A DNA stretch of 64,000 nt, taken from assembly GCA_038109055.1 (NCBI GenBank), contig JAYNIM010000001.1, forward strand, positions 103,045 to 167,044, given 5' to 3'. The notes beneath the pieces are model-generated. The model was not told the origin of the DNA and ran no database searches. It saw only the letters and a list, made by a program, of their open reading frames with translations. Position numbers and translations under genes: made by a program. Below, one piece after another: positions 18,551-29,090 of this stretch. The stretch comes from a bacterium. Its GTDB lineage: Bacteria > Margulisbacteria > Marinamargulisbacteria > GCA-2716485 > JAYNIM01. How positions within the stretch are numbered: the stretch's first letter is position 1; each line of letters begins with the position of its first letter.

Positions 18551-19569
18551 TATTTAATGGGTTTTTTATTATATGTCAGTGTTTCTAGTTGCTTAAGCGC
18601 ATTTTTTCGTACATTCTTAGGTAATCTTTTGTAGCCGAGTAAGGTTTTTGTCTTTTCATCGTTGATTAACCATAGGAGTAGTTTTTTTAGCTCAATTGCT
18701 TCTTTTTTTGACATTTCTTTAGAGCTCAAGTTTTGTTTAAGTATAATCCAAGAAAAAGAGGTGATGGGGTAGGCGGTTGGTTGTTTTGCATTAGTAAGAA
18801 TAAGTTTACTGTCCATGATGTCTTTATCTTCGAATGATTTTTCTAATGCGTCTCTTGTTGGTTTAATATAATTCCCATGGTTATTTTTTATATTAGCTGT
18901 GTAGGTGTTCTGTTTTTTTGTGTAATCAAGTCCAACATAGGTGATGCCTCCCTGAATTTGGTGAAGTAGATCTATTGACTCTTGGCTGTCATTAGATCCT
19001 AACCCTACTGGAAAGTCGTGTTTTGCTTTTGTTCCCATTTGAGAGTTCCATTGTGAATCTGATTCACTAAGATAGTGTGAAAATATAAACGTACTGCCAC
19101 TATTATTTTTTCGATAGATAGGAATTATTTTTATATGAGGTAGATTTGTGTGAGGATTAATTTTTTTTATTAATGGATGATCCCAATAACGAATTTTACC
19201 TCTAAAAATTTTAGATAATAGCTCACTTGTTAAATTTAGTGTTGGAATATTCTCTAATTGATAGCAAATAGCAATCGCTGAAAAAGTAGAAGGGATCTGT
19301 AATATAGCGGTGTTTAAATGTTTTTGTAATGTTTTATTAATGATTAAATCTGAACCGGCAAAGTGTGTTTGATTGTTCTTTAGTGCTAAATAGCCTTGCC
19401 CTGACCCTATTCCTTTATAGTGTATTGTTACCTCAGAGTCGGGATAGTTTTTAAATAATTCGTTATAATAAATGGCCGGGTAAGTTGCCCCTTTTCCTAT
19501 AATTCTGACACTACCATATGTGTGAATATTGATTATTAATAAAACCAAAAGGATTGCTTTTGTTCTCAT
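18550..19569 (-). CDS. pstS: Phosphate ABC transporter substrate-binding protein (divergent copy)
   Basis: GKGATYP, GIGSGQG, FAGSD, KIRYWDHP, SGST, AYPITSFSWI. Confidence 0.85.
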   Translation of the reverse strand: MRTKAILLVLLIINIHTYGSVRIIGKGATYPAIYYNELFKNYPDSEVTIHYKGIGSGQGYLALKNNQTHFAGSDLIINKTLQKHLNTAILQIPSTFSAIAICYQLENIPTLNLTSELLSKIFRGKIRYWDHPLIKKINPHTNLPHIKIIPIYRKNNSGSTFIFSHYLSESDSQWNSQMGTKAKHDFPVGLGSNDSQESIDLLHQIQGGITYVGLDYTKKQNTYTANIKNNHGNYIKPTRDALEKSFEDKDIMDSKLILTNAKQPTAYPITSFSWIILKQNLSSKEMSKKEAIELKKLLLWLINDEKTKTLLGYKRLPKNVRKNALKQLETLTYNKKPIK

Positions 19570-19610
19570 TGTGGGATTCTAACATTCTACGTTTATTGTT
19601 TCAATCTTAA

Positions 19611-19648
19611 ACAACAAAACCTCATCTTTCGATGAGGTTTATGTTGTT
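19611..19648 (-). terminator. Intrinsic terminator of the porin gene
   Basis: On the minus strand AAACCTCATC-GAAA-GATGAGGTTT is followed by a U-rich tail. Confidence 0.75.
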
Positions 19649-19682
19649 AAGGTTTACTTAAACTTGGTGAGTTAAGTGAAAC

Positions 19683-20744
19683 TTAGAAATTTGTACGAAG
19701 ACCAAAACGAATTGACTCTTCTTTACTTGCGTCTACTTTAGGATCTGATTCGTAGCTTTGGTAAACAAGATAGGCATTTGTTTTTTTCGTAAGGCCTGTT
19801 TCTGCAGCAACTTTGATTCCTTCATATGCTGAACCAGTAATAAAGGCTGTGTCATCTTCGAAAGAAAGTTTTGTGCTGGCATCGTTTGGTGTTCCAAATG
19901 AATTTGCTTCTACTTTTCTAGATTCAATTCTAGCATTCCAGCTGCCTAAACCTTGTACTTTTTTGTCACCAACTACAACACCAATCGCTTGGCTTTTACC
20001 TTTTGTTGTAGCTTTTCCGTTTTCGTTCATTTCTGCATAAACACTTACGTTGTTTACACCTGGAGAAGCGAAGTCACCTTTAATACCAAAAACGGTACTT
20101 TCTAGTTTGTTAGCTTCTGCAGCAGTGTCGCCGTCAAGTGTTTGGTAGATGGCAACATAACCTTCTGCTTTGATTGTGGGAGAAATTTCATAAGATACTT
20201 GTGGTTGGATACCGAAGAACTTTTCACCTTTAGTAGTGCTGCTGCCCACTGTTTGATATTCATCTAGTACACTGTAAGCAACATTTATTGAAAAATCAGC
20301 TTGAGGCGTGATTTTTGTTGTGTAGCTTCCACCAAGTATATCCAATTTCAAATCTGGATCGAATAAGACAGTGCTGTATGAAGTGAAAGGAAGTGCAGCG
20401 CGACCTAAAGTGACCTGTAGGCCAGGTGCTGCTTTCCATTCGATGTTTAATTCGTTTATGTTAACTGGTATTTGAGTTGTTTTTGTTGTGCTAGCCCAAG
20501 TTGATCTTCTATCACTTCCTGTGCCGATTTCGTAATTTACTTTGAATCCATCAGGTAAACGTTTGCTACCATTTAATTTTAGTGACTGCTGAATGCTTAC
20601 TGTGCTGTCTAGGCTGCCTATTTTTAGGCTTGTAATTCGGGCTTCGTGCTCGCCGTTAAAGTTTAAAAAACCCGCTTGAGCTTGTGTGGATAACAATGCT
20701 GTTGCAAGTAATCCTAATAATATTTTTTTATTTTGTTTAATCAT
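19683..20744 (-). CDS. Putative outer-membrane porin (beta-barrel)
   Basis: Signal peptide ending AQA, amphipathic beta strands, C-terminal RFGLRTNF beta-signal, AAGGAG RBS; lies within the pst locus. Confidence 0.75.
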   Translation of the reverse strand: MIKQNKKILLGLLATALLSTQAQAGFLNFNGEHEARITSLKIGSLDSTVSIQQSLKLNGSKRLPDGFKVNYEIGTGSDRRSTWASTTKTTQIPVNINELNIEWKAAPGLQVTLGRAALPFTSYSTVLFDPDLKLDILGGSYTTKITPQADFSINVAYSVLDEYQTVGSSTTKGEKFFGIQPQVSYEISPTIKAEGYVAIYQTLDGDTAAEANKLESTVFGIKGDFASPGVNNVSVYAEMNENGKATTKGKSQAIGVVVGDKKVQGLGSWNARIESRKVEANSFGTPNDASTKLSFEDDTAFITGSAYEGIKVAAETGLTKKTNAYLVYQSYESDPKVDASKEESIRFGLRTNF

Positions 20745-20933
20745 TATTTCTCCTTGTTAGTTTGAAATAGGTTTTTTTCTCTGTACATCACCTCTTTGTG
20801 GATACTATTGTGCAATCATACACTATTTTGTTTTTTAAACAAAGTTTTAGATATTTACCGGCTACTGTGTATGTTGATTAATGTTTTTTAATCTACTATA
20901 TTTGGATTCAATTATGTACGGATCAATTTGCTC

Positions 20934-21812
20934 ATGCCACATCTGAAACAAGAAAAATTGTTTGCCTTCCTTATTAAAGGGTCTGCATATCTGGGTATTT
21001 TGATTTTATGTTTGTTTTTTGTTACCTTGTTTTACCAGTCTTGGCTTTCTTTAACGTCCATGGGTTTTTCTTTTTTTACCCGAGGTGTTTGGGACCCTCT
21101 TAACCAGCATTTTGGTTCACTCCCTTTTTTGTATGGTACCTTGCTGACGTCATTATTATCCATATTTTTGTCATTGCCAGTGGCTTTGGCAGTAGCGTTG
21201 TTTTTGGGGTATTTTGTTAAGACTGGTTTTATCCGTTTTTTATTTTCAACGATGATTGAACTTTTGGCGGGAATTCCGTCTGTTATTTATGGGTTTTGGG
21301 CCTTGTTTGTTTTAGTGCCCTTGGTTCGTCAATTAGCTTTCTTTTTAGATGCACCTCCTTTTGGCGTATCTTTATTGTCTGCGTCTTTGGTTCTTGCAAT
21401 TATGATTATTCCTTATGCGGCTTCTTTTTCGAGAGAAGTTATTTCTTTGGTCCCTGCTGAGTTAAAGGAGGCGGCTATTTCCTTGGGGGCAACTAGATTT
21501 GAAGTTGTTCGTTATGTGATCTTTCCTTATGCTAAATCGGGTATTTTATCGGGTATTTTACTTTCATTTTCACGTGCTTTGGGCGAAACCATGGCGGTGA
21601 CGATGGTCATTGGGAATGCGAATCGTATTGTTTTTTCCCTTTTTGAACCAGGTAATACTATTGCTAGTCTTATAGCGAATGAATTTGCTGAAGCCACTAG
21701 TGATATGTATATTTCTGCGCTGATGCAGTTGGGATTTTTATTGTTGTTTGTGACGGTAGGGGTTAATTTCTTGGGTTTATTGTTGATTAAAAAATGGAAA
21801 GTTAAGTCATGA
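20934..21812 (+). CDS. pstC: Phosphate ABC transporter permease PstC
   Basis: ELLAGIPSVIYGFW, EAAISLGATRFE, RALGETMAVTMVIGN. Confidence 0.96.
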   Translation: MPHLKQEKLFAFLIKGSAYLGILILCLFFVTLFYQSWLSLTSMGFSFFTRGVWDPLNQHFGSLPFLYGTLLTSLLSIFLSLPVALAVALFLGYFVKTGFIRFLFSTMIELLAGIPSVIYGFWALFVLVPLVRQLAFFLDAPPFGVSLLSASLVLAIMIIPYAASFSREVISLVPAELKEAAISLGATRFEVVRYVIFPYAKSGILSGILLSFSRALGETMAVTMVIGNANRIVFSLFEPGNTIASLIANEFAEATSDMYISALMQLGFLLLFVTVGVNFLGLLLIKKWKVKS

Positions 21813-22651
21813 AAGCTGGCTCTGAAGTTTCTGTTCGAAAAGCGTTTGATCTATGTTTTGTGGGGCTGGTTTATCTTTTTTCTTCTCTTATTTTTTTACC
21901 GTTGATTGCTATTTTTGTTTATATGGTTATGAAAGGCTTGCCTGCGCTTTCTTTTGATTTGTTGACTCATTTGCCACGTCCGGTTGGGAGTGAATATTCG
22001 GGGATTTCTAATGCGATTGTAGGATCATTGATATTGATCGCTATTGCCTCATTGATCGCTGTTCCGTTAGGAATTTTGATTGGAATACATTTATATGAAT
22101 ATAAACAAGCCCGTATGACGGATATTTTGCGTTTATGTATGGATGTGTTGCAAGGAGTTCCTTCTATTATAGTGGGTATTGTGGTGTATGTATGGGTTGT
22201 GTTGCCTTTAAATTCTTTTTCAGCTTTGTCTGGTGGAATTGCATTGGCCTTGATGATGCTCCCTGTGATAGCACGTAGTACCGAAGAAACCATGAATTTA
22301 ATTTTACCTACGTATAAAGAAGCAGCTTTAGCTTTGGGCGTACCTTATTATACGGCTGTTTTTAAAGTGGTTTTACGTAGTGCGGGGAGTGGTGTGCTCA
22401 CCGGGATTGTTTTGTCTGTTGCGCGTATTGCGGGTGAAACAGCTCCCTTGTTGTTTACTGCATTTGGTAACCAATTTATGTCTTATAATGTTTTTAAACC
22501 TATTTTGGCCTTACCTTTATTGATTTTTAATTATGCAACGAGTCCTTATGAAGAGTGGCAAGCGATTGCCTGGGGGGCAGCCTTGTTATTGATTTTGTTT
22601 ATCTTTATGCTTAGTATTGGAGTAAAATTACTTAGTTATGAAAAAAAATAA
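21809..22651 (+). CDS. pstA: Phosphate ABC transporter permease PstA
   Basis: GVPSIIVG, EAALALG, ARIAGETAPLLFT; ATGA overlap with pstC. Confidence 0.96.
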   Translation: MKAGSEVSVRKAFDLCFVGLVYLFSSLIFLPLIAIFVYMVMKGLPALSFDLLTHLPRPVGSEYSGISNAIVGSLILIAIASLIAVPLGILIGIHLYEYKQARMTDILRLCMDVLQGVPSIIVGIVVYVWVVLPLNSFSALSGGIALALMMLPVIARSTEETMNLILPTYKEAALALGVPYYTAVFKVVLRSAGSGVLTGIVLSVARIAGETAPLLFTAFGNQFMSYNVFKPILALPLLIFNYATSPYEEWQAIAWGAALLLILFIFMLSIGVKLLSYEKK

Positions 22652-23405
22652 TCGTGTTATTTTAGATATACAACATTTAAGTGTTTCTATACATGGTCAG
22701 CCTATTTTGAAAGATATTTCCATGCAGGTTTTGGAAAATAAAGTGACGGCTATTATGGGGCCGTCAGGTTGTGGGAAAAGTACGATGATTCGTTGTATTA
22801 ATCGTATGGACTTGTTGACTGAGGGGATGCTTCGTCGGGGACTTGTAACTTTGGATGGGCGTTCGATTGATGAGATTGATCCTATTCTTTTGCGTCGTCA
22901 GGTTGGGATGGTATTTCAGAGGCCGAATCCCTTTCCAACTATGAGTATCTTTGAGAATGTCTTGGCTGCTTATTTATTAAATGGTATTAAATTATCTGTT
23001 TCAGAGAAAGAGGAAATTGTTCAGGAATGTTTAGAGTCTGTCGGTTTGTGGGATGAGGTTAAAGACAATTTGAAACGCAAGGGAACATTTTTATCTGGAG
23101 GGCAACAACAGCGTTTGTGTATTGCTCGTTCCTTGGCTTGTAAACCTAAGGTGTTATTACTTGATGAACCTACCTCTGCTCTAGATCCTAAAGCAACCGC
23201 AAGGAATGAGCAGTTAATTAAAAAACTTAAAAATACAGTGACAATTTTATTGGTTACACATAACATTTCGCAGGCAGCACGTGTGTCGGATAGAACTGCC
23301 TTTTTATATTTAGGTGAGTTGGTTGAATATGATAAAACATCGATTATGTTTACCTCGCCTAAGGATCCTCGTACGGATCAATATTTAACAGGAAAATTTG
23401 GCTGA
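22638..23405 (+). CDS. pstB: Phosphate ABC transporter ATP-binding protein
   Basis: GPSGCGKST, VFQRPNPFP, LSGGQQQRLCIAR, YLTGKFG. Confidence 0.97.
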   Translation: MKKNNRVILDIQHLSVSIHGQPILKDISMQVLENKVTAIMGPSGCGKSTMIRCINRMDLLTEGMLRRGLVTLDGRSIDEIDPILLRRQVGMVFQRPNPFPTMSIFENVLAAYLLNGIKLSVSEKEEIVQECLESVGLWDEVKDNLKRKGTFLSGGQQQRLCIARSLACKPKVLLLDEPTSALDPKATARNEQLIKKLKNTVTILLVTHNISQAARVSDRTAFLYLGELVEYDKTSIMFTSPKDPRTDQYLTGKFG

Positions 23406-23435
23406 TAACCTTGTTATATCATTTAAGGAGTGTAT

Positions 23436-24098
23436 ATGTTATTAGAAAAAGAACTTAAAAAACTAGAATCTAAATTATCCGTCCTAGCAGACGCTGTTGA
23501 AGAAAATTTTAGGCAGGCGATTCGTGCTATGCTTGATCATGATGTTCCTTTGGCGGATCGTGTCATTGCCAAAGATGCTGAAATTGATCAGTTAGAAATT
23601 GAAGTTGAGGAAGAATGTTTGAAAGTTTTGGCCTTGTATCAGCCAGTGGCGATGGATTTACGTTTTATTATTGCTATTCTAAAAATTAACAATGATTTAG
23701 AGCGCATTGGGGATTTGTCTGAAAGTGTGGCGAAGAGAGCTAAAACGATTATGGTGTCTAAAGATACCTTTGAAAATACGGATTATAATATGATGTTAGA
23801 AAAAGCTTTTGATATGTTCAAACAAAGTTTAACTGCTTTTTCATCTAAGGATGTTGCCATTTCTAGGAAGGTGATTGGTATGGATTTTGAAGTGAATGAG
23901 TACAGAGGGCGGCTTTTTTCAGAGCTTCGAGAGAGTATTGATCAACAGAATTTATCGGGTGACTTGACCTTGGCGCTGTTCTCTTTTGTTAATTGTGCTG
24001 AACGTATTGCGGATTTGTCTGTGAATATTGCCGAGGATACGATTTATTTGGTTGAAGGGAAAATTGTTCGACATAAAGACGTTGGTGTATTAGGTTAA
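23436..24098 (+). CDS. phoU: Phosphate signalling complex protein PhoU
   Basis: QPVAMDLR, DLERIGD, ERIAD..VNIAE; AAGGAG RBS. Confidence 0.96.
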   Translation: MLLEKELKKLESKLSVLADAVEENFRQAIRAMLDHDVPLADRVIAKDAEIDQLEIEVEEECLKVLALYQPVAMDLRFIIAILKINNDLERIGDLSESVAKRAKTIMVSKDTFENTDYNMMLEKAFDMFKQSLTAFSSKDVAISRKVIGMDFEVNEYRGRLFSELRESIDQQNLSGDLTLALFSFVNCAERIADLSVNIAEDTIYLVEGKIVRHKDVGVLG

Positions 24099-25625
24099 TC
24101 GTTTATTGAGCCACGTTTTTTTATTCTTTTTTTGTTGAATATAACCAAGATAGGCATTGTTTATTTCTGGATAGTCGCTGCGATAATGGGTGCCACGGCT
24201 TTCTTGTCTGATCAAAGCAGATTCGCAGATGAGTTTTGATAGCTCAAGGTAAACCTTTGTGTTGAATGACGTGTGTATAGAGTTGGGGAAAGTGTCGAGT
24301 TTGTTTTGAAGTGTGCTTAGACTTTTTTTATCTTTGAAAAGGCCGTTATATGTCCAATTTAGGTTTTTTATTTCTTTGATTATGTCTGCTTGATCTGTGT
24401 GTGTGTGGCGTGTTTTGGCTGATCTGAGTGAAGGATTGATGGGGCTGTGATTATTTTTGATAATATGTTCACTGGCTTGTTTTGCAAATACGATTCCTTC
24501 TAAAAGTGAATTTGAGGCTAGGCGATTAGCTCCGTGCACTCGGGTCGAGGCGCATTCACCGATGGCGTATAGATTTTTTATATTGGTATTTGCGTGGGTG
24601 TCTGTTTTGATGCCCCCGATGCTGTAATGGGCGGCAGGGTGGATGGGTAATAGGTCTTTTTCTAATGTGTAACCGTGTTTTTTGGCGTTTTTATAAAAAT
24701 TTGGAAAACGCTTTTCTAGGTTTTTTAGATGTCGAGTATCTAGTACTATGGGGCCATTATGTTTAGATTCTATTGCGATAGCTCTGGAGAGGACGTCTCT
24801 GGGGCCTAGTTCTTCTTGGAGGGTGTAATTTTTTAAAAATTGTTTTCCTTGTCTGTTTCTAATAATACCGCCTGCACCTCGTATGACTTCTGATATTAAA
24901 AAAGGCTTGTCTTCTTCTGTTTCTAAATAGACTGTGGGGTGAAATTGTGTGAATTCTAAATTTTCTAGTATGGCACCCGCTTGATAGGCTAAGTAAATAC
25001 CGTCCCCTTGGAGATCGCTAGGGGTACTACTGTATTTATAGAGTTGACTGTAACCACCTGTGGCTAAAATGGTATGGTTGGCAGATAGTTGGAGGCGAGA
25101 GTGTGATTTTGTGTGTGAGGCTATGATCCCCTGACATTGGTTGTTGTTGATGCATAAGTTTGTGACTTGGTAATGGTCATAAAGGGTGATATTGGGCTTT
25201 TTACTAAAATTTTTGTCTAGAGCCTCTTTGATTGAGGCACCTGTTTTATCTTTGTAATGGATAATGCGAGCTTTGCTATGGCCTGCTTCTAGTGCTAAGG
25301 TGAGATTGTTTTTTTCTGATGTGTCTAATTGAACGTTGATGTCTCTTAAAAATTCCAGTGCAGAGGGACTTTCTGAGATCATTAATTGAACCTGTTTTTC
25401 ATCGCACAGATTACGACCTACATTGAGGGTGTCTTGTATATGCAGATTTATTTCGTCTTTATTTTTAGTTGAAATAGCCATGCCACCCTGTGCCCATGAA
25501 GTGGCTGTTTTGTTTAGATCGTTTTTGCAAATGACTGCGATATTGAATTTTGCATCTGCTAAGGTGAGTGCTGCACAGAGTCCTGAAATTCCGGCACCAA
25601 TGATGATGACATCCACATGTTTCAT
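24090..25625 (-). CDS. nadB: L-aspartate oxidase
   Basis: WAQGG, EAGHS..RI.H, QFHPT, LISE..RG, AAHY.IGG, HGANRLASNSLLEG, ESRGTH. Confidence 0.95.
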   Translation of the reverse strand: MKHVDVIIIGAGISGLCAALTLADAKFNIAVICKNDLNKTATSWAQGGMAISTKNKDEINLHIQDTLNVGRNLCDEKQVQLMISESPSALEFLRDINVQLDTSEKNNLTLALEAGHSKARIIHYKDKTGASIKEALDKNFSKKPNITLYDHYQVTNLCINNNQCQGIIASHTKSHSRLQLSANHTILATGGYSQLYKYSSTPSDLQGDGIYLAYQAGAILENLEFTQFHPTVYLETEEDKPFLISEVIRGAGGIIRNRQGKQFLKNYTLQEELGPRDVLSRAIAIESKHNGPIVLDTRHLKNLEKRFPNFYKNAKKHGYTLEKDLLPIHPAAHYSIGGIKTDTHANTNIKNLYAIGECASTRVHGANRLASNSLLEGIVFAKQASEHIIKNNHSPINPSLRSAKTRHTHTDQADIIKEIKNLNWTYNGLFKDKKSLSTLQNKLDTFPNSIHTSFNTKVYLELSKLICESALIRQESRGTHYRSDYPEINNAYLGYIQQKKNKKTWLNKRLT

Positions 25626-25627
25626 GA

Positions 25628-27205
25628 TTAATACGTTTTTTTCGCGATGGGAATTCGTCGGCCGCTACCAAATGCTTTTGATGACACACGAAGTATGAGG
25701 GGGGCTTGTTGACGTTTATATTCAGATTGTTGTGTTTTTACGATGAGAAATGGATCGGAGGTGCGGTCTGTTTGTCTTGTTTCAACTAAATCTTCCAGTT
25801 GTTTGTCGATCTCGTTGTAGGAGGGGAGGGAATCTTGATCTTTTTGATTTGGACGTAGCTCTGCACTAGGTGCTTTGTTGAGGATGCGATTGGGGATGCA
25901 GTTGGGGTATTTTTTGTTTAGTTGTGTCGCTAATGCGTATACCTGTGTTTTGCTTAGGTCTCCAATGGGACTGAGTGCTCCACATAAATCTCCGTATAAT
26001 GTTGTGTAACCTAAGCATAGTTCGCTTTTGTTTCCGGTACTCACCACTAAGGCGTTGTTTTCATTAGCAAGCGCCATTAAAAGGGTGCCTCTGATTCGTG
26101 CTTGTATATTTTCTTGTGTTAGCGTTATTTTTGTTTGATTTATTGTTTCGTTGAGTGTTTCTTTAAATTGTTCGTATAGAGGAGTGATTGATAGAGAATG
26201 TAGGTTTTTTCCGACTAGTTTCTCTGCATCTTCTATACTTTCTTTAGAGGTATAAGGGGAGGGGAGCATACAGGGGATAATGGCCTCTTTTGTTAATGCT
26301 AAACAACATAGTACGTAGGTGAGTGCTGAATCAATCCCTCCAGATATGCCAATAACCGCCTTGGAAAAGCCTGTTTTTTTAAAATAATCTTGAATTCCTA
26401 AGGTTAAGGCAGCTTCTAGGTTGTCCATGGCGGAAAAATGTAAACAGGGTAGCTGTGTTGGTTTTGTTTTCAAGTTTATGGTTTTTATGGCAGATTGAAA
26501 GCCTGGAAGCAGAGTGTGGCATTCTTGATCTTGATTCATATAAAAGCTATGACCGTCAAAAATGATGGCATCGTTGGTACCGACTTGATTGACACATACT
26601 AAGGGGAGTTTATATTTTTTTGTTATTCTTTTTGCTTTTTGTAGGCGTTTTTCTACTTTTTTTTCTTCGAATGGGGAGGCTGAAATATTGATCAGAATGC
26701 TAGCGTTTTTTTTGATTAGGTGGGGGATGGGGGAGAGGTGATCCTCCGTTGTCCATAAATCTTCGCATATTGTGATTCCTAATGTTTCATTTTTGAATGA
26801 AAAGGTCTCATGTTGTGTGTTTTCAGAGAAATAACGTTTTTCGTCAAAAATGTCATTATTAGGTAGCAATGTTTTTCGTTTGTTAAAGAGTTGTTTGCCT
26901 TCAAATAGGAATAAAGCACTGTTGAAGAGTTGGCTGTTTGTTTCTTCTACGTATCCGATGAGTAAAGCAATATTTTTGCATGATTGACTAAGTTGGAAGA
27001 GTTGGGTAATAAATTTTTTGTGTAAATTTAGGAAATGGTGATCAAATAAAAGATCTTGGGGAGGGTAACCTGTACTGAAGAGTTCGGGAAATATAATGAG
27101 GTCACTTTTGTCTTTTTTAGCGTGATTGATTGCTTTTTTGATCTCCTCTAGGTTGCCTTCGAAGTCAGCTATGGTAGGATTACATTGTGCTAGTGTTATT
27201 TTCAT
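25628..27205 (-). CDS. nadE: Glutamine-dependent NAD+ synthetase
   Basis: Nitrilase domain (FPEL, ICEDLW, SASPF) plus SGGIDS, ENIQARIRG, TGNKSE, PSAELRPNQKD. Confidence 0.96.
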   Translation of the reverse strand: MKITLAQCNPTIADFEGNLEEIKKAINHAKKDKSDLIIFPELFSTGYPPQDLLFDHHFLNLHKKFITQLFQLSQSCKNIALLIGYVEETNSQLFNSALFLFEGKQLFNKRKTLLPNNDIFDEKRYFSENTQHETFSFKNETLGITICEDLWTTEDHLSPIPHLIKKNASILINISASPFEEKKVEKRLQKAKRITKKYKLPLVCVNQVGTNDAIIFDGHSFYMNQDQECHTLLPGFQSAIKTINLKTKPTQLPCLHFSAMDNLEAALTLGIQDYFKKTGFSKAVIGISGGIDSALTYVLCCLALTKEAIIPCMLPSPYTSKESIEDAEKLVGKNLHSLSITPLYEQFKETLNETINQTKITLTQENIQARIRGTLLMALANENNALVVSTGNKSELCLGYTTLYGDLCGALSPIGDLSKTQVYALATQLNKKYPNCIPNRILNKAPSAELRPNQKDQDSLPSYNEIDKQLEDLVETRQTDRTSDPFLIVKTQQSEYKRQQAPLILRVSSKAFGSGRRIPIAKKTY

Positions 27206-28284
27206 GGACTAATTTTATACGAAAGCACTTTGTTTGGCCAAGCTTGTTTGTGTGTGGACTTAGTTTTTTTTCTGTGTCGTCTTTTCTCTATTCTTTTGAT
27301 GAAAGGTATTGGCAGAAAGAGCTACCGAAACTGTTCGTGGTTGCCAGCTCTCAGCGCTCACCTTTAGCCGACATTAATGTGTGGATTAAATCGCATAATG
27401 TTGCGGGTGTTTTTTTATTGGGGTCGTCATTTTCTAAGGCGTCACATGTGAAATCCTATGTTGATTTTTTGCAGCAGGGGCGTGAGCTACCGTTATTGGT
27501 GGGAGTTGATCAAGAAGGGGGCCGGGTGCGGCGTATTAAACGAGGTATTTTGAGCTTAGATGCGGCGGCTGTTTATGGAGAGTCGTTTTCTGCAGGATAT
27601 ATGTATCGTCTGGGTAAACAATTAGGAGATGAGTTGCAGGCTTTGGGAGTTAATCTATGTTTGGGACCTAGTTATGATGTTGATTTTTCTGATTCAGCTA
27701 AGATTATTGGTGATCGCAGTTATTCAAGTAATCCCTATGTGGTAGCTAAATTTGCTTCTGCCTTTACCTTAGGATTGCAATCGTCAGGTGTTTATAGTGT
27801 TGCGAAACATTTTCCAGGTCATGGAGGCACATCTACGGATTCACATCTTTCCTTACCCACGTTGGATGTTTCGTTGGCTGAGTTGTGGCATGATGATTTA
27901 CTTCCTTTTCGTTATGCTATCCGACATGATGTTTCGATGGTGATGATTGGGCATTTGTTTTTTCCACAGATTGATGTGTCATATCCAGCGTCTATGTCTT
28001 CGTTTTTTATTGAAGATGTATTAAGAATTCGTATGGGATTTCAGGGAGTAGTGATGACGGATGATTTGAATATGAAGGCGATTACGCAACGTTATTCCAT
28101 AGAGGAGGCTTGCTTGCGCTCTTTACAGGCAGGTGTTGATCTTTTATTGATTTCTCAAAATTCGTTCGTGTTAGACCGTTGTGTAGAGTATTTGCTGGAG
28201 GCTATGAGGCAAGGGCAGCTTTCTGAAGAACTTTTACGTAGTAAAATACATCGTGTTCAATTTTTTCAAACAGCTAGGAGGTAA
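27187..28284 (+). CDS. nagZ: Beta-N-acetylhexosaminidase (GH3); start uncertain, likely downstream of 27205
   Basis: DQEGGRV, KHFPGHG, DSH, MTDDLNM. Confidence 0.9.
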   Translation: MLVLFSWTNFIRKHFVWPSLFVCGLSFFSVSSFLYSFDERYWQKELPKLFVVASSQRSPLADINVWIKSHNVAGVFLLGSSFSKASHVKSYVDFLQQGRELPLLVGVDQEGGRVRRIKRGILSLDAAAVYGESFSAGYMYRLGKQLGDELQALGVNLCLGPSYDVDFSDSAKIIGDRSYSSNPYVVAKFASAFTLGLQSSGVYSVAKHFPGHGGTSTDSHLSLPTLDVSLAELWHDDLLPFRYAIRHDVSMVMIGHLFFPQIDVSYPASMSSFFIEDVLRIRMGFQGVVMTDDLNMKAITQRYSIEEACLRSLQAGVDLLLISQNSFVLDRCVEYLLEAMRQGQLSEELLRSKIHRVQFFQTARR

Positions 28285-28297
28285 TTTTGTTTTTTTT

Positions 28298-28306
28298 TGT
28301 TATAAT
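28298..28306 (+). promoter_or_regulatory. Extended -10 element upstream of mlaEFD
   Basis: TG-t-TATAAT 32 bp before the mlaE ATG. Confidence 0.45.
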
Positions 28307-28338
28307 TGACTTTAAGTCCTTTATTTTATTGATTTCTT

Positions 28339-29088
28339 ATGACTAATTATTTTTATACCTTGCTTGATTCTTTTGGATCGTTTATCTTGTTTTCTTTACG
28401 TGTTGTGAAGGGGGTGTTTGAGCGCCTTTTTGATTGGGATCGTGTGTTTGATGAAATGTATCGTTTGGGTGTTCAAACCTTGCCTGTTGCGTGTTTGACT
28501 CTCCTTTTTGTGGGCATGGCGTTTACGTTTCAAATTATTCAGGAATTTATTAAATTTGGGGCAACAAAATTGATTGGGGGTGTGGTTATTTTAGCGATTG
28601 TGCGTGAATTGTCCCCCTTATTGTTAGGCGTAGTTGCTAGTGGTCGTATTGCGGCATCTATTGCAGCTGAATTGGGGAGTATGAGTGTTACGGATCAGAT
28701 GGATGCCTTGAAGTTATTGGGTAAAAACCCTGTTTCTTTTTTGGTGCCACCTAAGTTGGTAGGAGTGGCCCTTATGTTACCTTTGTTGGTTTGTTTATGT
28801 CATTTTTTGGGGTTTTTAGGAGGTTTTTTGATTGTTTTTTCTAGTAATAGAATTAATCCTTTTAGTTATTTTCAATCTGCTCAGGTGATGTTAAGTTTTC
28901 ATGATATTTTTAGTAGTTTGATTAAAGTTTTTTGTTTTGCGATTGTGATTGTTTTAGTGAGCAGTTATTTTGGATTAGCTTGTAAAGAGGGCGCTGCGAG
29001 TGTCGGAAAAAATACAACAAGAGCGGTGGTAGTTTCGTTGGTTTGTGTGTTTATTTTAAATTATTTTTTATCTAATTTATTGTTTTAG
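28339..29088 (+). CDS. mlaE: MlaE family ABC permease
   Basis: RELSPLL, GRIAASIAAELGSM.VTDQMDAL, GAASVGKNTT.AVV. Confidence 0.93.
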   Translation: MTNYFYTLLDSFGSFILFSLRVVKGVFERLFDWDRVFDEMYRLGVQTLPVACLTLLFVGMAFTFQIIQEFIKFGATKLIGGVVILAIVRELSPLLLGVVASGRIAASIAAELGSMSVTDQMDALKLLGKNPVSFLVPPKLVGVALMLPLLVCLCHFLGFLGGFLIVFSSNRINPFSYFQSAQVMLSFHDIFSSLIKVFCFAIVIVLVSSYFGLACKEGAASVGKNTTRAVVVSLVCVFILNYFLSNLLF

Positions 29089-29090
29089 AT

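Noticed and set aside
20685..20806. DnaA-box-like TGTGGATAA/TGTGGATAC as oriC
   Set aside because: One lies inside the porin CDS, there is no cluster, and the skew does not invert.
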